NCBI RefSeq assembly: GCF_001194135.2 | Contig: NC_068985.1 | Span: 42,894,293-42,958,292 of the forward strand | Reading direction: 5' to 3' | Source: Octopus bimaculoides | Taxonomy: Eukaryota | DNA: 64,000 nucleotides | Part shown: positions 1 through 13,128 of the stretch, piece after piece | Layout of the letters: each line of letters begins with the position of its first letter | Numbering within the stretch: position 1 is the stretch's first letter | Program-made: the position numbers and the translations under genes | The notes under the pieces: model-generated | Seen by the model: only the letters and a program-made list of their open reading frames with translations | What the model was told of the DNA's origin: nothing | Databases searched by the model: none

Positions 1-253
1 GTTCTCTTATTTCATTGGCCTTATCTAGTGTTATATTGCTACTTTTAACTAATTTTCCTCTTTTCAGGGTTGCTTTGGCACATTTTTCTAATCCGAATTT
101 CATATCTATTTCCTTGGTAAAGCCGTGTACTGTCTGTAGTAGTGTTTCTAGCTCTTTGTCATTTTTTGCATATAATTTTAGGTCATCCATATATAAAAAG
201 GTGGCTGACTGTTTTTCCGTAGCATTTGTAACCGCATCCAGTTCTATTTAGCA

Positions 254-254
<1 letters not shown>
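1..254 (-). mobile_element. 5'-truncated restriction-like-endonuclease-type non-LTR retrotransposon (R4/Dong-like) RT fragment, continues beyond window start
   Basis: Manual translation of the minus strand gives LNRTGCGYKCYGKTVSHL/LYMDDLKLYAKNDKELETLLQTVHGFTKEIDMKFGLEKCAKATLKRGKLV, with one +1 frameshift before the YMDD catalytic motif. It abuts a (TTA)n tract. Confidence 0.85.

Positions 255-298
<44 letters not shown>
255..298. repeat. (TTA)n/(TAA)n microsatellite
   Basis: About 14 perfect TTA units. Confidence 0.95.
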
Positions 299-299
<1 letters not shown>

Positions 300-555
300 T
301 CCTAATTATTACTCTTATTTAATTTAAAGAACAATAATAAACTTGAAGGTAATCTTTAAATATACCAAATGTATAATCTTCTTATATATTCCCAGATGGA
401 GCTATTTTCAGTTGAAAGACAACACAAAAGTCTGTGGGAAACATGCATATCCCATTTCTTGTTTCTGCTTGCCACCCCTTAAAAATTAGGTTCTATATTT
501 GTGATACATACACCAACAACAAAACCCTCCAATGCCCACCACTCACCCACACATG

Positions 556-890
556 TGCAGGTGTGATTGTGTGGTAAGAAGTTTGTTTCCCAACTACATG
601 GTTCTGGGTTCAGTCCCAATGCATGACACCTTAAGCAAGTATTTTCTACTATAGCTTCAAGCCGATCAAAGCCTTGTGAGTGGATTTGGTAGACAGAAAC
701 TGAAAAAAGTCTGTCGTGTGTGTGTATTTGACAACCGGTGTTGGTGTGTTTACTTCCCTGTGGTTTGGCAAAATAGATTGATAGAATACCAGGCTTAAAA
801 AATATATACTGGGGTCAATTCTTTTGGCTGAAATTCTTCAAGGCAGTGCCCCAATTTGGCTGCAGTCTAATGATTGAAACAAGATATATA
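556..890 (+). mobile_element. tRNA-derived SINE family A, tail type A1
   Basis: Head gtgtgattgtgtggtaagaagtttgtttcccaactacatggttctgggttcagtccc (A/B-box-like) and body ending ...tgcagtctaatgattgaaacaag. Homologous to the copy at 33471-33909. Confidence 0.85.
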
Positions 891-1004
891 TACATACACA
901 CACACCACACCTTTTATAGGGTGTATGTTTACAATATTTATATGTGCATTGTGTTTCAATCAGTCTGATTTCCATTTGTCACCAAGTATCCTATTCCTGG
1001 AGAT

Positions 1005-1047
<43 letters not shown>

Positions 1048-1399
1048 TTAATCTTTATTTATAATTTTTTTTCTGAACGTAAAATCATTGAAACAAAGAA
1101 ATCAAAAAGAAAATTTATTTATCCGAATTGTACTTGTTTGATGAAGGAATTATTCTCAGATTGTTGAAACTAAAACAATGACATTATGGTAGAGTCATTT
1201 AAAAAGAGGCATGTACTGTGGAATACAACAAAAGTGAATATAACATTGTGTTTTTTCCCTTTTTCATTATTGTGACAGGATACAATTTATATTATATTTA
1301 ATAATTAAAAATAAATTAAAATGAACATAATAAATACATGATATCATTTAGATTTCATCTCTTTCTTTTAAGAAGTACTTATACAAACTCATTACAATA

Positions 1400-1900
1400 A
1401 CACCCACACATGAATGCATGCATACACACACAGCAGATACACTCTCTTATATATATATATACATCTGTCCCCACAACAGGCACATACAAATAAGCTTACA
1501 CATCCAAATGCACACACACACACACACATATATATACAGAATATGGTGTGTGTATGTGTGTGTATACATACCCATGTACTTAATCTCCCTGCCTACACAA
1601 AAACATTCACATGTATACACCCACAACCAAGGACATATATTGCATATATCCTCCATGTTTTTTGCATTCACATACTAAACCTAGCAAATTATATAATACA
1701 TATGCAGTCTCACACACACATTCATCTTAATGAACACACAGATACAAAATATGCAAGTACACAATCACATGCAGAGAAGCATCTCCCATCCCTTCATTAC
1801 AGACATATACACAACTCCTTGTGCATGCCCCAAAAAACATAATTGTTCTACCACCCCTTAAGACTAAAACGGAAAACAGCCAAGTATGCACGTGTGTGTA

Positions 1901-1936
<36 letters not shown>

Positions 1937-1960
1937 TACATACCACACACATATATGCCA
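1400..1960. repeat. CA/TA low-complexity microsatellite mosaic
   Basis: Interleaved (CA)n, (TA)n and (TG)n; explains the His/Thr/Ile/Tyr-rich spurious ORFs. Confidence 0.85.
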
Positions 1961-2456
1961 TTAGTGAGTAAGAAGGAGCAATATACCATGCCATAGTGTT
2001 GTGCTGTGGAACTGTCTGGTACTGCAGATGTCTCAGAACAACTATTTTCAGTGTTCTTTCAAAAAACATAAGAAAACTTTAAGAACCAATGAAAATTCAT
2101 GCTAATGTGTTGTGTCAACTTTTGAAAGAATTACAACTCATTATGACAATTGTTATAATGACAAATGGTAGTAGAAAAAGAAGTCTAAAGACTGTGGAAA
2201 TATGTATTATTATGTGGAATGGAAGTTATGTTAGTACATAGGATTGAAGAACTTACTATATTTAGTTATTTTGTTTGTTTTTTTTACTTCAAGAGATCAA
2301 ATCCCATTAGTGCTAAATTTGCCAATTGTTCCTCTGAGGTTGATATATTATATGTTAGTTGTATATTGAAGTTGATTCTACAATTAATTAAATATCTCCA
2401 ATACTAATTAATGATATTCTGTTAATGAGCATTTTGAAGAATAAAGATCATAGCTA

Positions 2457-2650
2457 TTGTTGTTTAGCCCCAGGTTAACTTTGATCAAGTAAAACCAATG
2501 GTCAAAGACATTCCTACTGCATTCAATCCCATCGTCTTCTAAGTATCTAGGAGTACATTAGCAATGTGACTTCCCTTGTGTAAGATAGTAAGGCTTTGTT
2601 TCATGGAGATTTGGCTGCTATTTCAAACAGATAAAAGGATTTGAAGTTCC
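2457..2650 (+). repeat. Interspersed repeat family E (ttgtttagccccagg...ggagatttggctgctatttc)
   Basis: The same motif order recurs at about 4525, 14779, 48815 and 57218 (+), and at 26607, 34950, 38660 and 44690 (-). Confidence 0.75.
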
Positions 2651-3224
2651 ACAGTTTATCAAAGAATCAAACAGTTGATAACCTATCACTGAGCTCTAAA
2701 CATAGTCACAACTCTGAACTGGTTCAATCCAGCTAGTTGTAAATGAATACACCAGAGAAATGAAGCCTCCTTCTGCAAGCAATAGCAGCATTGTATAATA
2801 AACAAGTGTGCTTCATTGGTTTGCAGATCTCTGTTGAAATCCTACTTAAATTAGTGTTTGGAAAGATGTAGACTTTGCCAAAACAGGTTGGATTTGTTCT
2901 TGTCACATAAGACTCACAGCAATTCTTGTTTTAAAGAGGAGTTATTATTAGAAAAGTTTTTGATAGCATAAATTCATTTTGTAATAAAGTAGAATTATGA
3001 GCAAGTGGTATAATTTGAAATAAGTGTGCACATAAAAATTGGGTCTTGAGAAAGTTTTTCAATCAAAGTATGTGTGAATTCAGAGGGAATAATTTTAGGA
3101 TATTGTCTTTGAAAGATGACTAATTAATTATGTTTAAGGACATGAAATAAATATAATTATGGGGAATAAAGTCTGCATGCATGAATAAATTTAACTCCTG
3201 ATGTTGAGCAAATGAAATACTGGA

Positions 3225-3442
3225 CATATTGGTTTCAAATTTTGGCACAAGGCCAGCAATTTCTGGGGAGGGTTTAAGTTGATTAAATTGACTCCAGTAC
3301 TTGACTGGTATTTATTGTATCAACCCCAAAAGGATGAAAGGCAAAGCTGACCCCGGCAGCATTTGAACCCAGAACATAAAGATGGGCAAAATGTCAGTAA
3401 TCATTTTGCTTAGTGTGCAAATGATTGTGCCTGCTCACCATC
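3225..3442 (-). mobile_element. tRNA-derived SINE family B (degenerate)
   Basis: Reverse complement of the gagctggcagaa...gttcaaattcc...gcctttcatcctttcggggtcgat family seen intact at 36864. Confidence 0.75.
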
Positions 3443-3581
3443 TTAAAATACTAGGTATATCAAAATGAACAAAGAGATAAAAACATAGCATGTAATTCTT
3501 AGATAACATTATTTATTACAAAGTTTGATTTGAGAAAAACCTGTATCATTTCATCTGTTTTCCATGCTCTGACAGAATTAA

Positions 3582-3801
3582 CCCTTTGGCATTTAAACCA
3601 GCCATATCAGGCCCAAATATTTCTACCAATTTTATATTAAAACTGACCAGATCCTGCCTTTCACACCTACCCCACAATGCCATTCTTTAAATAAGCCATC
3701 ACATCATTGAAATGTCAGAGCTATGAAATAATGTATGATTTGTTCAAAACAGTGTGAATAAATAAGCATATATTTGACAGAGGAATCCAAATGTTAAAGG
3801 G
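3582..3801. mobile_element. piggyBac-like MITE
   Basis: TTAA on both sides (3578-3581, 3802-3805). TIRs CCCTTTGGCATTT and AAATGTTAAAGGG match at 11/13. Same family as 44447-44667. Confidence 0.85.
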
Positions 3802-4124
3802 TTAAACAATGAGGCAAAATTTTTTATGGATAGATGCATTTCCTGTCTCCAACCCTAAACTGTTCTTCAAATAAGGATTTTTTTTTTCATTCCAGGGAAA
3901 TGCAAAAGCATAGAGAAAATGGATGATTTTGTTGACAGGAGATGACAACCAATTTCACTTGTCGCAGTACAACCACAATGGTGTCATCAACTGTGGGTGT
4001 GCTGCAAAGGGCAACACCACTGTCTGTACTTATAGCTCTGAGCAGTTTTTGTAAACATTAACATGAATACACATGCATGTATGTACATGCACACACACAC
4101 ACAATACACACACATGTGTACATT

Positions 4125-4285
4125 CAAAGGGTTTCTTTCAGTGCCTGTTGACTAAATTCCCTCACAAAACATTGGTTGGCCTGGGGCTATAATAAAAGAT
4201 ACATACCCAAAGTGCAATATAGTGGAAATGAGCTTGAAGCCACAGTCAAGAAATAAACAACTCAACCACAGTCATGTCTTCCTGC
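4125..4285 (-). mobile_element. SINE family A head (degenerate)
   Basis: Reverse-complement match to the family A head. Confidence 0.65.
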
Positions 4286-4524
4286 ATGCGTGTGCATGTG
4301 TGTGTGCAGGCATTTATATGCATGGGTGGGTGTGCTAGAAAAAACATAATCTTCAATATATTTGGTAAAAGTGTGCCTATTTATTTTCCTACAAAGAGTC
4401 CTCATACTCAGTAATGTGTACAATGAGATGATAATGAAATGTGCATATCTTAAAATATCGTCATTTACAGGATTTTATCATATTGGTTATATCATGATAA
4501 AAAAATGCACTTAGCACACTGCTA

Positions 4525-4720
4525 TTGTTGTTGTTTAGCCCTAGGTTAACCTTGATCAATTAAAAACCAATGATTAAAGATATTTCTGCAACAATTATCC
4601 CGTCTTCTTCAAGGTATCTAGGAGTATGTTATCAGTGTAATTTTCCTTGTTTAAGATAGTATGGATTTGTCTCATGGAGATTTGGCAGCTATTTCAAACA
4701 GTTAAAGTGATTTGAAGTAT
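4525..4720 (+). repeat. Family E copy
   Basis: Highly similar to 2457-2650. Confidence 0.75.
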
Positions 4721-4861
4721 ACCTATTTATTTTCATACAAAGAATCATCATATTCTCAGTAACATGTACAATGAGATGATAATGAAATGTGAATGTCTTA
4801 AAATATTGTCTTTTACAGGATTTTGCCATGTTGACAATATCACAATAAAGATGCATTCTGT

Positions 4862-5045
4862 ACGGACCATAATGTGGCTGGTGTTAAGAAGGCATCCAGC
4901 CATTGAAATAGAATGTATGCATTAGATGTGGTTATCTGAACCATCAAGGAGAGCTGTAACTCCAAATGTTAACTGACATGTACCATGACAACCTATCCAA
5001 CCCATGCCAGCATGGAATGAAGTCATAATGATGATGATGATGATA
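4862..5045 (+). mobile_element. RTE-tail-derived repeat
   Basis: aagaaggcatccagc...tccaacccatgccagcatgga followed by (GAT)n, matching the RTE 3' end at 51210-51310 and 31845. Confidence 0.65.
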
Positions 5046-5594
5046 TGTGTAGTGTGTTGAAACAGTGGAATTATTATATAAAATACAGCATAAATAAAAT
5101 ACATGATACCAAATAAAAAGTAAGGTTGTGAAAATGAATACATTGGCTTATAAAACTAGAATATAAATGATAATAAATGTATGGAGAAGTGGGTTAGAAA
5201 TAAAGTAGAAATGGAAAACTGTTACAAACTTGTATGAGATGTACAACAAATCCTTGTAATAACTTTGATGTACAAAGAGGTAAACATAAAATCTGCCATT
5301 AAATCATATGTGTGTGAAATGGAATATATTAGAATAAAGATTAGAATATAAAATATTTTAAGGTAACATTAAAGCAGACATTATAATAAACCAGAAACAA
5401 AGAAAGGAATGAGGAGAGATAGAGAAAAAAATGGAGAGCAGGGTATAAGTAAGAGATTGTATAATATGGAATGATTTATTATCAGTTATGCAAAACAAGG
5501 TAGTTGAGAAAAACCAGTCATGAAAAAATTAAGTGCAGCAATAATGAATTTAATGAAGACTAGAAATTTGTAGGTAGATAATTAAATCCTTTCT

Positions 5595-5810
5595 TATATA
5601 GGCACAAAGCCTGAAATTCTGGTTTTTTTGTTTTTTTAAATGGGAGGGGGCTAGTCGATTTCATTAACCCTAGTACTTGACTTTTACTTATTTTATTGTT
5701 CTTGAAAGGATGAAAGGCAAAGTTGACTTTGGTGGAATTTGAACTCAGAATGTAAAGATGGAAGAAATGCTGCTAAGCATGCTAACAATTCTGCTAGCTC
5801 ACTACTCTAG
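5595..5810 (-). mobile_element. SINE family B
   Basis: aaaggatgaaaggcaaagttgac...gaatttgaactcagaa...ctgctagctc. Confidence 0.8.
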
Positions 5811-5819
5811 ATGGATAAT

Positions 5820-6238
5820 TATCATTTTAATCATCATTTTAATGTTCACTTTCCCATGATTGCATGGGTCAGATGGAATTTATTGAAGTGGATTTTCTTC
5901 GGTTAGATGGCCTTTCTGTTGTCAATCCTCATCTGCGTTCAAGTAAGGTATTATTTCCCCATAATCAGACAAACATTTTTATACAGAAGATTGTAAAATG
6001 AAAGACCACACTTGCATGATGGTGACACTTGTTTACAACTATAATACAATGCCAAGGCAAGTAGACAGTAGCACACACACACACGGCTTCTTTCAGTTTC
6101 TGTGTACCAAATCCACTCACAAGTCTTTGGTTAGCTTGGGGCTATAGTAGAACACACTTGCCCAAGGTGTCATGCAATGGGACTGAACCCAGAATCATGT
6201 GGGTGGGAAGCGAACTTCTTACCACACAGTCACACCAG
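5820..6238 (-). mobile_element. Composite SINE: family A head + (CA)n + RTE-like tail (type A2)
   Basis: A head at 6083-6238, CA spacer, then a body ending in catgggtcaga...catcatttt. Same architecture at 39860-40250, 14355-14730 and 17610-18260. Confidence 0.8.
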
Positions 6239-7469
6239 AATGTGAGGAGACACAGCTTAAAGTGAATAGTTCAATTGATGATTATAACATCAGTTTTGAA
6301 AAGTGATCCACCATCACTGAACTAAATGTTTCTGTCTTTTCAGGTGGCATAAAAGCACAACAGCGATACTGCTGCATACAAACCTCACATATAAATACTA
6401 TTATTGTGTAGCAAAGACAAGATAAGTCCAGTCCTAAACTTCATTCAGTATGGAGAAAATATTGTAAGAGATTTATTCTTTTGCCTGTCAATGATAAACA
6501 GGCTCTTCACTAAACAAGTAGTTACATTAAAGGTCAGAGCAACAATCCTAACTAGTATACCTATCATAGGAGATAGGAAAAGATTACTACAAAGTAAATA
6601 GGCAGATTTAAATATCACCATTTCGACAAGTTTTATCAGTTATCTTTGTGAAAATGACAGTAATTCTACAGAGGTTTCCTTGCATATATATTTCAGAACA
6701 GTTATCTCTTTAAAACATCTTTCATAAAACTTTAGGGTAAACACTGGTTTCCAATAGATAAGCTTCATGTTGTTATAGAGTCAATAATATTTATGCTTAT
6801 GGTCATGGGACATAAATCAAGATAATCATATCAAACTATGTTTAAATATGAGTGTCATGGACAATTCCACTATGATTGTACATTATCTGCAACCTTCACT
6901 GCAAAATAGGAGAAGACACTGTGACAAAATGTTAACATAAATTTGACTCTAAAAATGGTTTCTATAAAATTTGTGCTTCCTTATTGCTTATATTCATAAT
7001 TCCTTTACTGGATTCACAAGGACTGCGGTCATGCTGGAGTATCTTCTACAAGGATTATAGTCAATCATATTGACCATAGTATTTATTTTAGTCTATTTTA
7101 CGGATCTCTATTGAATCGCTAAGTTAATTTTAACATAAAGGGATGTAACTCAACACTTGTAAACAAATACAGACATGGTTATGGACACATTCACACTCAG
7201 AAACATATATATAAACATAAAGAAGTAGTACTCAATACCTAATGTACAGTTAATAACAACCAAAATCAGAGATTTTGGGGTTTTGTGATCAATCTTTCTA
7301 ACAGAACTCATGTCATGTGAACAGGATAAGCAACTCCATCTAAAATAAAAGACAACTGTGCAAAATAAAGTGGTACACTACTGTATTTCAAAACTTGAAT
7401 GAAATGTCTGATCTTGGGCCAATGAGGACTGACTTGAGACTAAACAAGCACAACAATACAATTAACAAG

Positions 7470-9430
7470 AACAATATAACCAGTGCCACCACCAACAATA
7501 CCCCTACCATCAGCAAATTTAGTACAATCAACAGCACCACCACTGCCAACCCACCAACTTTGAATAACCAACTGGCAACAACAATAGCATCAACATGACA
7601 GTAATGCCTGTAGCTACATATGTTGTATGTCAATGCAGTGAGGTGGTGTGTATGTAAGAGAGAGGGAGAGAGAGTATGTGATATTTTTTCACTCAAGTTA
7701 GAGGTACAAGGGGGTGAAGTTCCAATGAAATTGGTTACTCTTCAACTAACTATAATTGTACAGTACTTCCTCCAACCTCACTCCTTCACCCTTTTCCTTT
7801 CTCATTTCCATTCTTACATCCAAAGAAATGCAATAAGCTTTTGCTCTCACAAAACAGTTCTTTCCTGGTGTTATGTTTCTACTACATATTTGTTGTGGAT
7901 AATTGTTGCTCACTGCACCTGTTTGATTAACCTACAATTCAAAATGTCTGGAAAGAATTTATGAAGTGGAACTGAAGACAGCAGTACAAAAAAAGACTGC
8001 AAAAGCATTACCCTGGATATGAAACTTGATGTTTTAAAAAGGCTTTGTGGAAGAAAAAAAATCACCCACATTGCCAAAACATTAAAGCTTGTAGTGTCTA
8101 CAGTAGAAACTATTTGACAATAGACAGAAAATAAAGTCAAGTGTTCAAGAAGTTACTCCATTAACTGTTCTGACCTCATTTTTTTCATAGATATAATATG
8201 GTGTTATAAAATGGAATAGCTCTTAGGTATATGGATTGAGAATGATAATTAATTAAAAACCCAAAAGTTTGTATGATAATTTGTAGAAAAGGTAAGGTGA
8301 AACTTATAAAGAAAAACTTTTTCTGGCTAGTAATGACTGGTTTGAAAGGTTTAAGAAGTGCTTGAGTTTATACAACATAAAAATGACTGGTAAAGCTGTC
8401 AGTGTTGATACAAGGGTTGCTACTATTATCCTGAGCAGCTGAAATAAAAAAAAAATTATTGCTAAAGGGGGGTTACACACCAGAGCAAGTATTTAATGAT
8501 GAAGCAGCAGTTTTCAGCTAGAATGTTTATTTCTTAAGAAAAATCAACATCAGGATATAAAGCTTCCAAAAATCATCCAATGCTTATTCTGGGAAGAAAT
8601 GATACTGATGATATGAATTTAAAATCCCTACATATGTATCACTCTGAAAATGCAAGGGCTTTCAAGGGTTAGGAAAAGTTTAATTTACCTCTGATCTGTC
8701 ATTTAAATAAGAAGGTATGGATGAAAAAAAGCGTTTTGTAAAAGTGGCTTACAAACATTTTTTTTGTCTTGCTGGAGAAGATACAGTGTGCTCCTTTTAG
8801 ACAATGCACCAAGTCACTCAGTGCACTTAAGCAAGATTTCTGATGTGAGCATACAATATATCCTTAAGAATACAACTTCTTTGCTCGAGGTAATAAGGGG
8901 TGATACTTAACTCCAGGGTATATTATCTGAAAACTTTCAAATGACTTATGAATACAATTGACAGGAAGGATAAACTTACAGATAAAGGGACTCCTGGAAG
9001 AAGTTCAACATAATGGATACTATGAATAACATAGCTGAGTCACGGGATGAAATGAAACCAACTATGAATCATGTTTGGAAAAGTGTATGTCCAAACTGTC
9101 TCTGATTTTACAAGTTTTCCACAAGCAGGAAGTCTATATCAAATTCAGAAAGATATTGTAACACTTGCAAATGATATTAGGTTCAAAGAAGTTATACAGG
9201 ATAATGTAGATGAACTAATAGTATCTCATTGTTTATCTGATGCTGTTAGAACAAGAGCAAGCTAATATTACAAATGAGAGTACAGAAATTACACAAAACT
9301 CCACTTAAATTAAATGCAAAGAATATTGCTAAACGTTTGGCACTTATACAGGGAAGTCTGCAAGTCTTTTGCTGGTAATACCTCTAATCGCGAACATAAT
9401 ACAATACTAACAAGAGTTTACAATGAGTTC
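7470..9430 (+). mobile_element. Degenerate Tigger/pogo DNA transposon (transposase pseudogene, about 7944-9430)
   Basis: Fragments read MSGK..KSITLDMKLDVLKR (psq HTH), ASNDWFERFKK..YNIKMTGKAVS (CENP-B HTH), GYTPEQVFN, GYKASK..YHSENARAFK and LLLDNAPSH (DDE_1). Multiple stops and frameshifts. Confidence 0.9.
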
Positions 9431-9777
9431 AATTTTGGATAAGTTCATCATCATCAACCATCTACTTGATGATCAAAGAACTATAAAATAGAAAATAGTG
9501 ATCCTCACCGTCCCAATAACTTTCATTCCAAAATCACCATCCCTCATACTCGTCAGCATCTTTTGTTGACCTAGTATAATATTATAATTTTTATTTATTC
9601 CCTAAAGTATCTCTCTTCAAATGTTTTTATGTATAAATATTGCACTGTGTATGTTTAGAAACTAGTTTTATACATAAAAGTGGTTGTTGTGTTGCTTGTT
9701 GTTTTCTTTTGAAAATGTCTGTAGAAATGCATTATCACTTAATAACATGAATATAAATAGTAATATAAATTTTTCAG

Positions 9778-10114
9778 GCAAGTGAAATCAAAATCACTGA
9801 TGTAGCTAATGACAGTACCGCCTGATCGGCACTCGTGCCAGTGGACCATTATAAGCACATCCGAGTGTGATAGTTGCCAGGGCCACGGATTGGCTCTCGC
9901 ACGTAAAAAGCACCATTCGAGCATGATCATTGCCAGCGTCGCCTTACTGGCACATGTGCTGGTGGCACGTGAAATACATTTGAGTGTGGTTATTGCCAGT
10001 GCCGCTGGACTGGCCATTGTGCCAGTGGCATGTAACAGCACCCACTACACTCTTGAAGTGGTTGGCATTAGGAAGGGCATCCAGCTGTAGAAACTTTGCC
10101 AGATGATGACGATG

Positions 10115-10116
<2 letters not shown>
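9778..10116 (+). mobile_element. RTE 3'UTR/tail copy with about 65-bp tandem units
   Basis: Matches 50920-51250 of the RTE copy; ends aggaagggcatccagctgtagaaactttgccag followed by (GAT)n. Confidence 0.9.
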
Positions 10117-10119
<3 letters not shown>

Positions 10120-10185
<66 letters not shown>

Positions 10186-10230
10186 CACACACATACACAC
10201 ACATCCACACACTCACATACATATAACAGT
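10120..10230. repeat. (TG)n-(TA)n-(CA)n microsatellite
   Basis: Direct sequence. Confidence 0.95.
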
Positions 10231-11354
10231 TAAAACCAAGAATTAAAAACATTAGTTTTGCTTAGTAGTTATTTGAATCAAAGCCTGAATGGTGCTGAGG
10301 TGCTATTTCATTTGCATCTTTCAGAAACTTATCCAATAGATATCAGATGTAACATCCATTCATCTATTCAACCAAAGAAGGTGTCTTAACAATCAGAGAG
10401 AGATGAAGAGAAGATCTTTTGTACTCAGTATACCTCTACAACATTGCTATTTTTGCTAGTTATTTTAGCCATGATGAGAGACAATACTAATGATGTAGAT
10501 TCTGATAACAATAATTACACTTCCCTTCATTGCGAGGAATGGTTTCATACAGACTATGCCATACACATTCACAGTAATTCTTCAGAAAAATAACATTTCC
10601 ATGACCATTACCAAACTATCACCACCATCACCATCACCACAACTATTATCATCATTTTTAACGTTGCTTTTCTACATTTTATCACCAAATTGTCTTCATC
10701 TTTCATCCTCACTTCTCTGAGGTCAGCCCAGCATCCTCAGATCTTGTTTCACAAATACTGTTCCCACAATTAGCTTCTGACCCTCTAGAAAGCTTAAGTA
10801 TCACCCACAATGTAGAATTGTAAGTAGATATGTACTTTGATACTTGTTAGATACACTAGGGTACTATTAGTAAATATGGAACAATGTTACTGTTGCACAC
10901 GCAAAAACATGCTGTACTCATAACATAGAGTGGCTCAGGTATAGGGAACAAGGCCATCATTACATAAACAGAAACATCCTGGACTGGTGCCAAAAGAAGA
11001 CCACCTAAGCGATTAGCAAAGATTCATTCAACAGTACACTTCAACTACTGTTACACACCTCTCCCACTCTTCTTTCCTTCATATGCTACCAACTGATGCT
11101 CAAACCAAACACTAAATTGTCTAACCAATATGGGACAAGGAAGAAAGCTCTGAAAAGTCATGGCTACTACTACTACTAATACTAATACAACACACACACA
11201 CAAACAATGTTCATTTTTCCACAAGGTCAAATGTCTAAGTGCATTCAAACACTTTTGTGTCGTCTTTGGCCTATATTTACTATGGCTAACTTCTTTCCCA
11301 AACTCACAACACTAGTCAGTATTAATCATGCAATGATTGCACATACGTACATAC

Positions 11355-11525
11355 AGATGCAGTCACAGCTATGTGGTTAAGAAGATCATTTCACAATCAT
11401 GTAGATCCTGGTTCTGTCTTACTGTACGTCACCCTATGTAAATGCTTTCAACCTGAGTTTCAGTCTGAGCCATCCTTGTGAGAAAAATTGGGTAGACAGA
11501 AATGGTACAGAAACCCAGCAGATGG
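11355..11525 (+). mobile_element. SINE family A head (degenerate)
   Basis: atgtggttaagaag...ggtagacagaaa. Confidence 0.65.
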
Positions 11526-11788
11526 ATTCTGCCAATTTTTGGGTAAAGGATTTAATTTCTTGTCTGGTTTAATACCACTACCAGATATCTTGATATCTTT
11601 AGCAGAGTCTACACTGTTGCAAGAATTCACACCACTGTCATGTTAACCCAGGAGTTACTCTGTTAACCCAAGAGTTCTTCTGTTACCCTACCCACCCATC
11701 AGGCTTGGAGAAGGCCTGACAGAAAAGTTTAAGAATGCTACCCATCAGTAAAATCAATGCCAGAATGCAATATTAAAAATTAACTTAC

Positions 11789-11848
11789 TCTGGCAATTTG
11801 TCCATCCATTGAGCTGTTTTTCTGGTGAATTGTGCAAATTTTCAGAGA
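11789..11848 (-). CDS. Candidate 60-nt internal exon of an unknown host gene
   Basis: Acceptor ctttttttattttcttatag and donor A|gtaagtt; open in two frames (SLKICTIHQKNSSMDGQIAR or xSENLHNSPEKQLNGWTNCQ). Based on splice signals only. Confidence 0.35.
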
Positions 11849-12559
11849 CTATAAGAAAATAAAAAAAGCATGTTTGATATGATATAGAATAATGATGAAA
11901 CAAAGATTTAACAATATTCATGGAGTCGCACAGTCTCTGATAATCATTGATGGAAGCTACCACATCTTATAACATCTCTATAACTACATCAGAAAGGTTA
12001 GGGTTACCATATGATAAATTCTCTTTGCAAACCATAAGGTTCCTGATTCAATTCCTCAGAAGCCTCTGCAAGTGGTTTCTAGCATAGTCTCAAACTGATC
12101 AATGCCCACAAATGGAACGTATGCATGAATAAATAGGTAAAAGCATCTATATGTCTACCTATTTATTCACATATGTGTGTGTGCGTGTGTGTGTGTGGTG
12201 TGTGTTTATTCACTATTTTATGTATTTGTCTAACCATCTGTTTGAAGTGAATACAGTATATACAAACTTTAAACTGGTCCATCTAACTTTAAAGACACAA
12301 GCACTGACAACATTGGTAATTAATTTATAATGCATTACTCAGTGTTTTTCTTTTTAAATATAATCTTAAGACATCTTTCTTGATGAAAGGGTATGTTCAT
12401 CACTTACAAGCAAGTATGACTAGCTAACATGTACCATGCATTCACTAATCATTTTAGGTACCTATGTAGTTACAAGCAGGCACAAACACACTCTTGACCT
12501 GCCAACCAGGCCCCAGTGGAAACATCCATGATGTGATAGCTGTAGGCAAGAGCTAGCAT

Positions 12560-12710
12560 GAGCAGTTGGATGGGTACCCTTTTTCACATAAATATACTGG
12601 AAAAAGTGAAATAAAGTGCCTTGCTCTAGGAGACAGTTTGCCACCTAGCCCAGGATTTGAATCCATGAACTTATGAGCATACAACCAACACTCTAGCCAC
12701 AGGTCATGTG
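12560..12710 (-). mobile_element. tRNA-derived SINE family F head
   Basis: Minus strand reads tgtggctagagtgttgg...ggattcaaatcctggg...ctagagcaaggcactttatttcac; related to 55853-56000. Confidence 0.65.
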
Positions 12711-13128
12711 ATGCCTCTACCTTTCTTGATAAACATACAATTTTAGCCTTACTGGAAAAGAATGACATATTGCCAGAACATGCACTGTTATGTAAATTAG
12801 ATGGACTAATTGAACTGTGTCCTAAGTTGTATCCACTATATTTGGCTCAGATAGATAGATGGATAAATAGATATACATATAGTCAGAGCAATAGACAGAC
12901 ATGTATGCATAAATAGGTAGAGATATATAGATGATATAAGGAATGAGAGAGAAATACAGTCTGATTTATAGAAAATAAACCTTATCAAGGATCCAATGTC
13001 AGCAAAAATCTAGAAGGAAATAAGCAAATATATATACATAAACCATGGTTTATAATCATTCAAAAGTAAGTAAGAAAATGGTGATATAACATTTAATAAA
13101 AATTTATTATCTGCAAAAATCAACCATG

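Noticed and set aside
874-2069. Several 70-140 aa ORFs rich in H/T/I/Y/C/V
   Set aside because: Translations of CA/TA/TG microsatellites.
7245-7339. Minus-frame peptide ...KNPKISDFGCY* resembling a kinase DFG motif
   Set aside because: A stop follows immediately and there are no other kinase motifs; likely chance.
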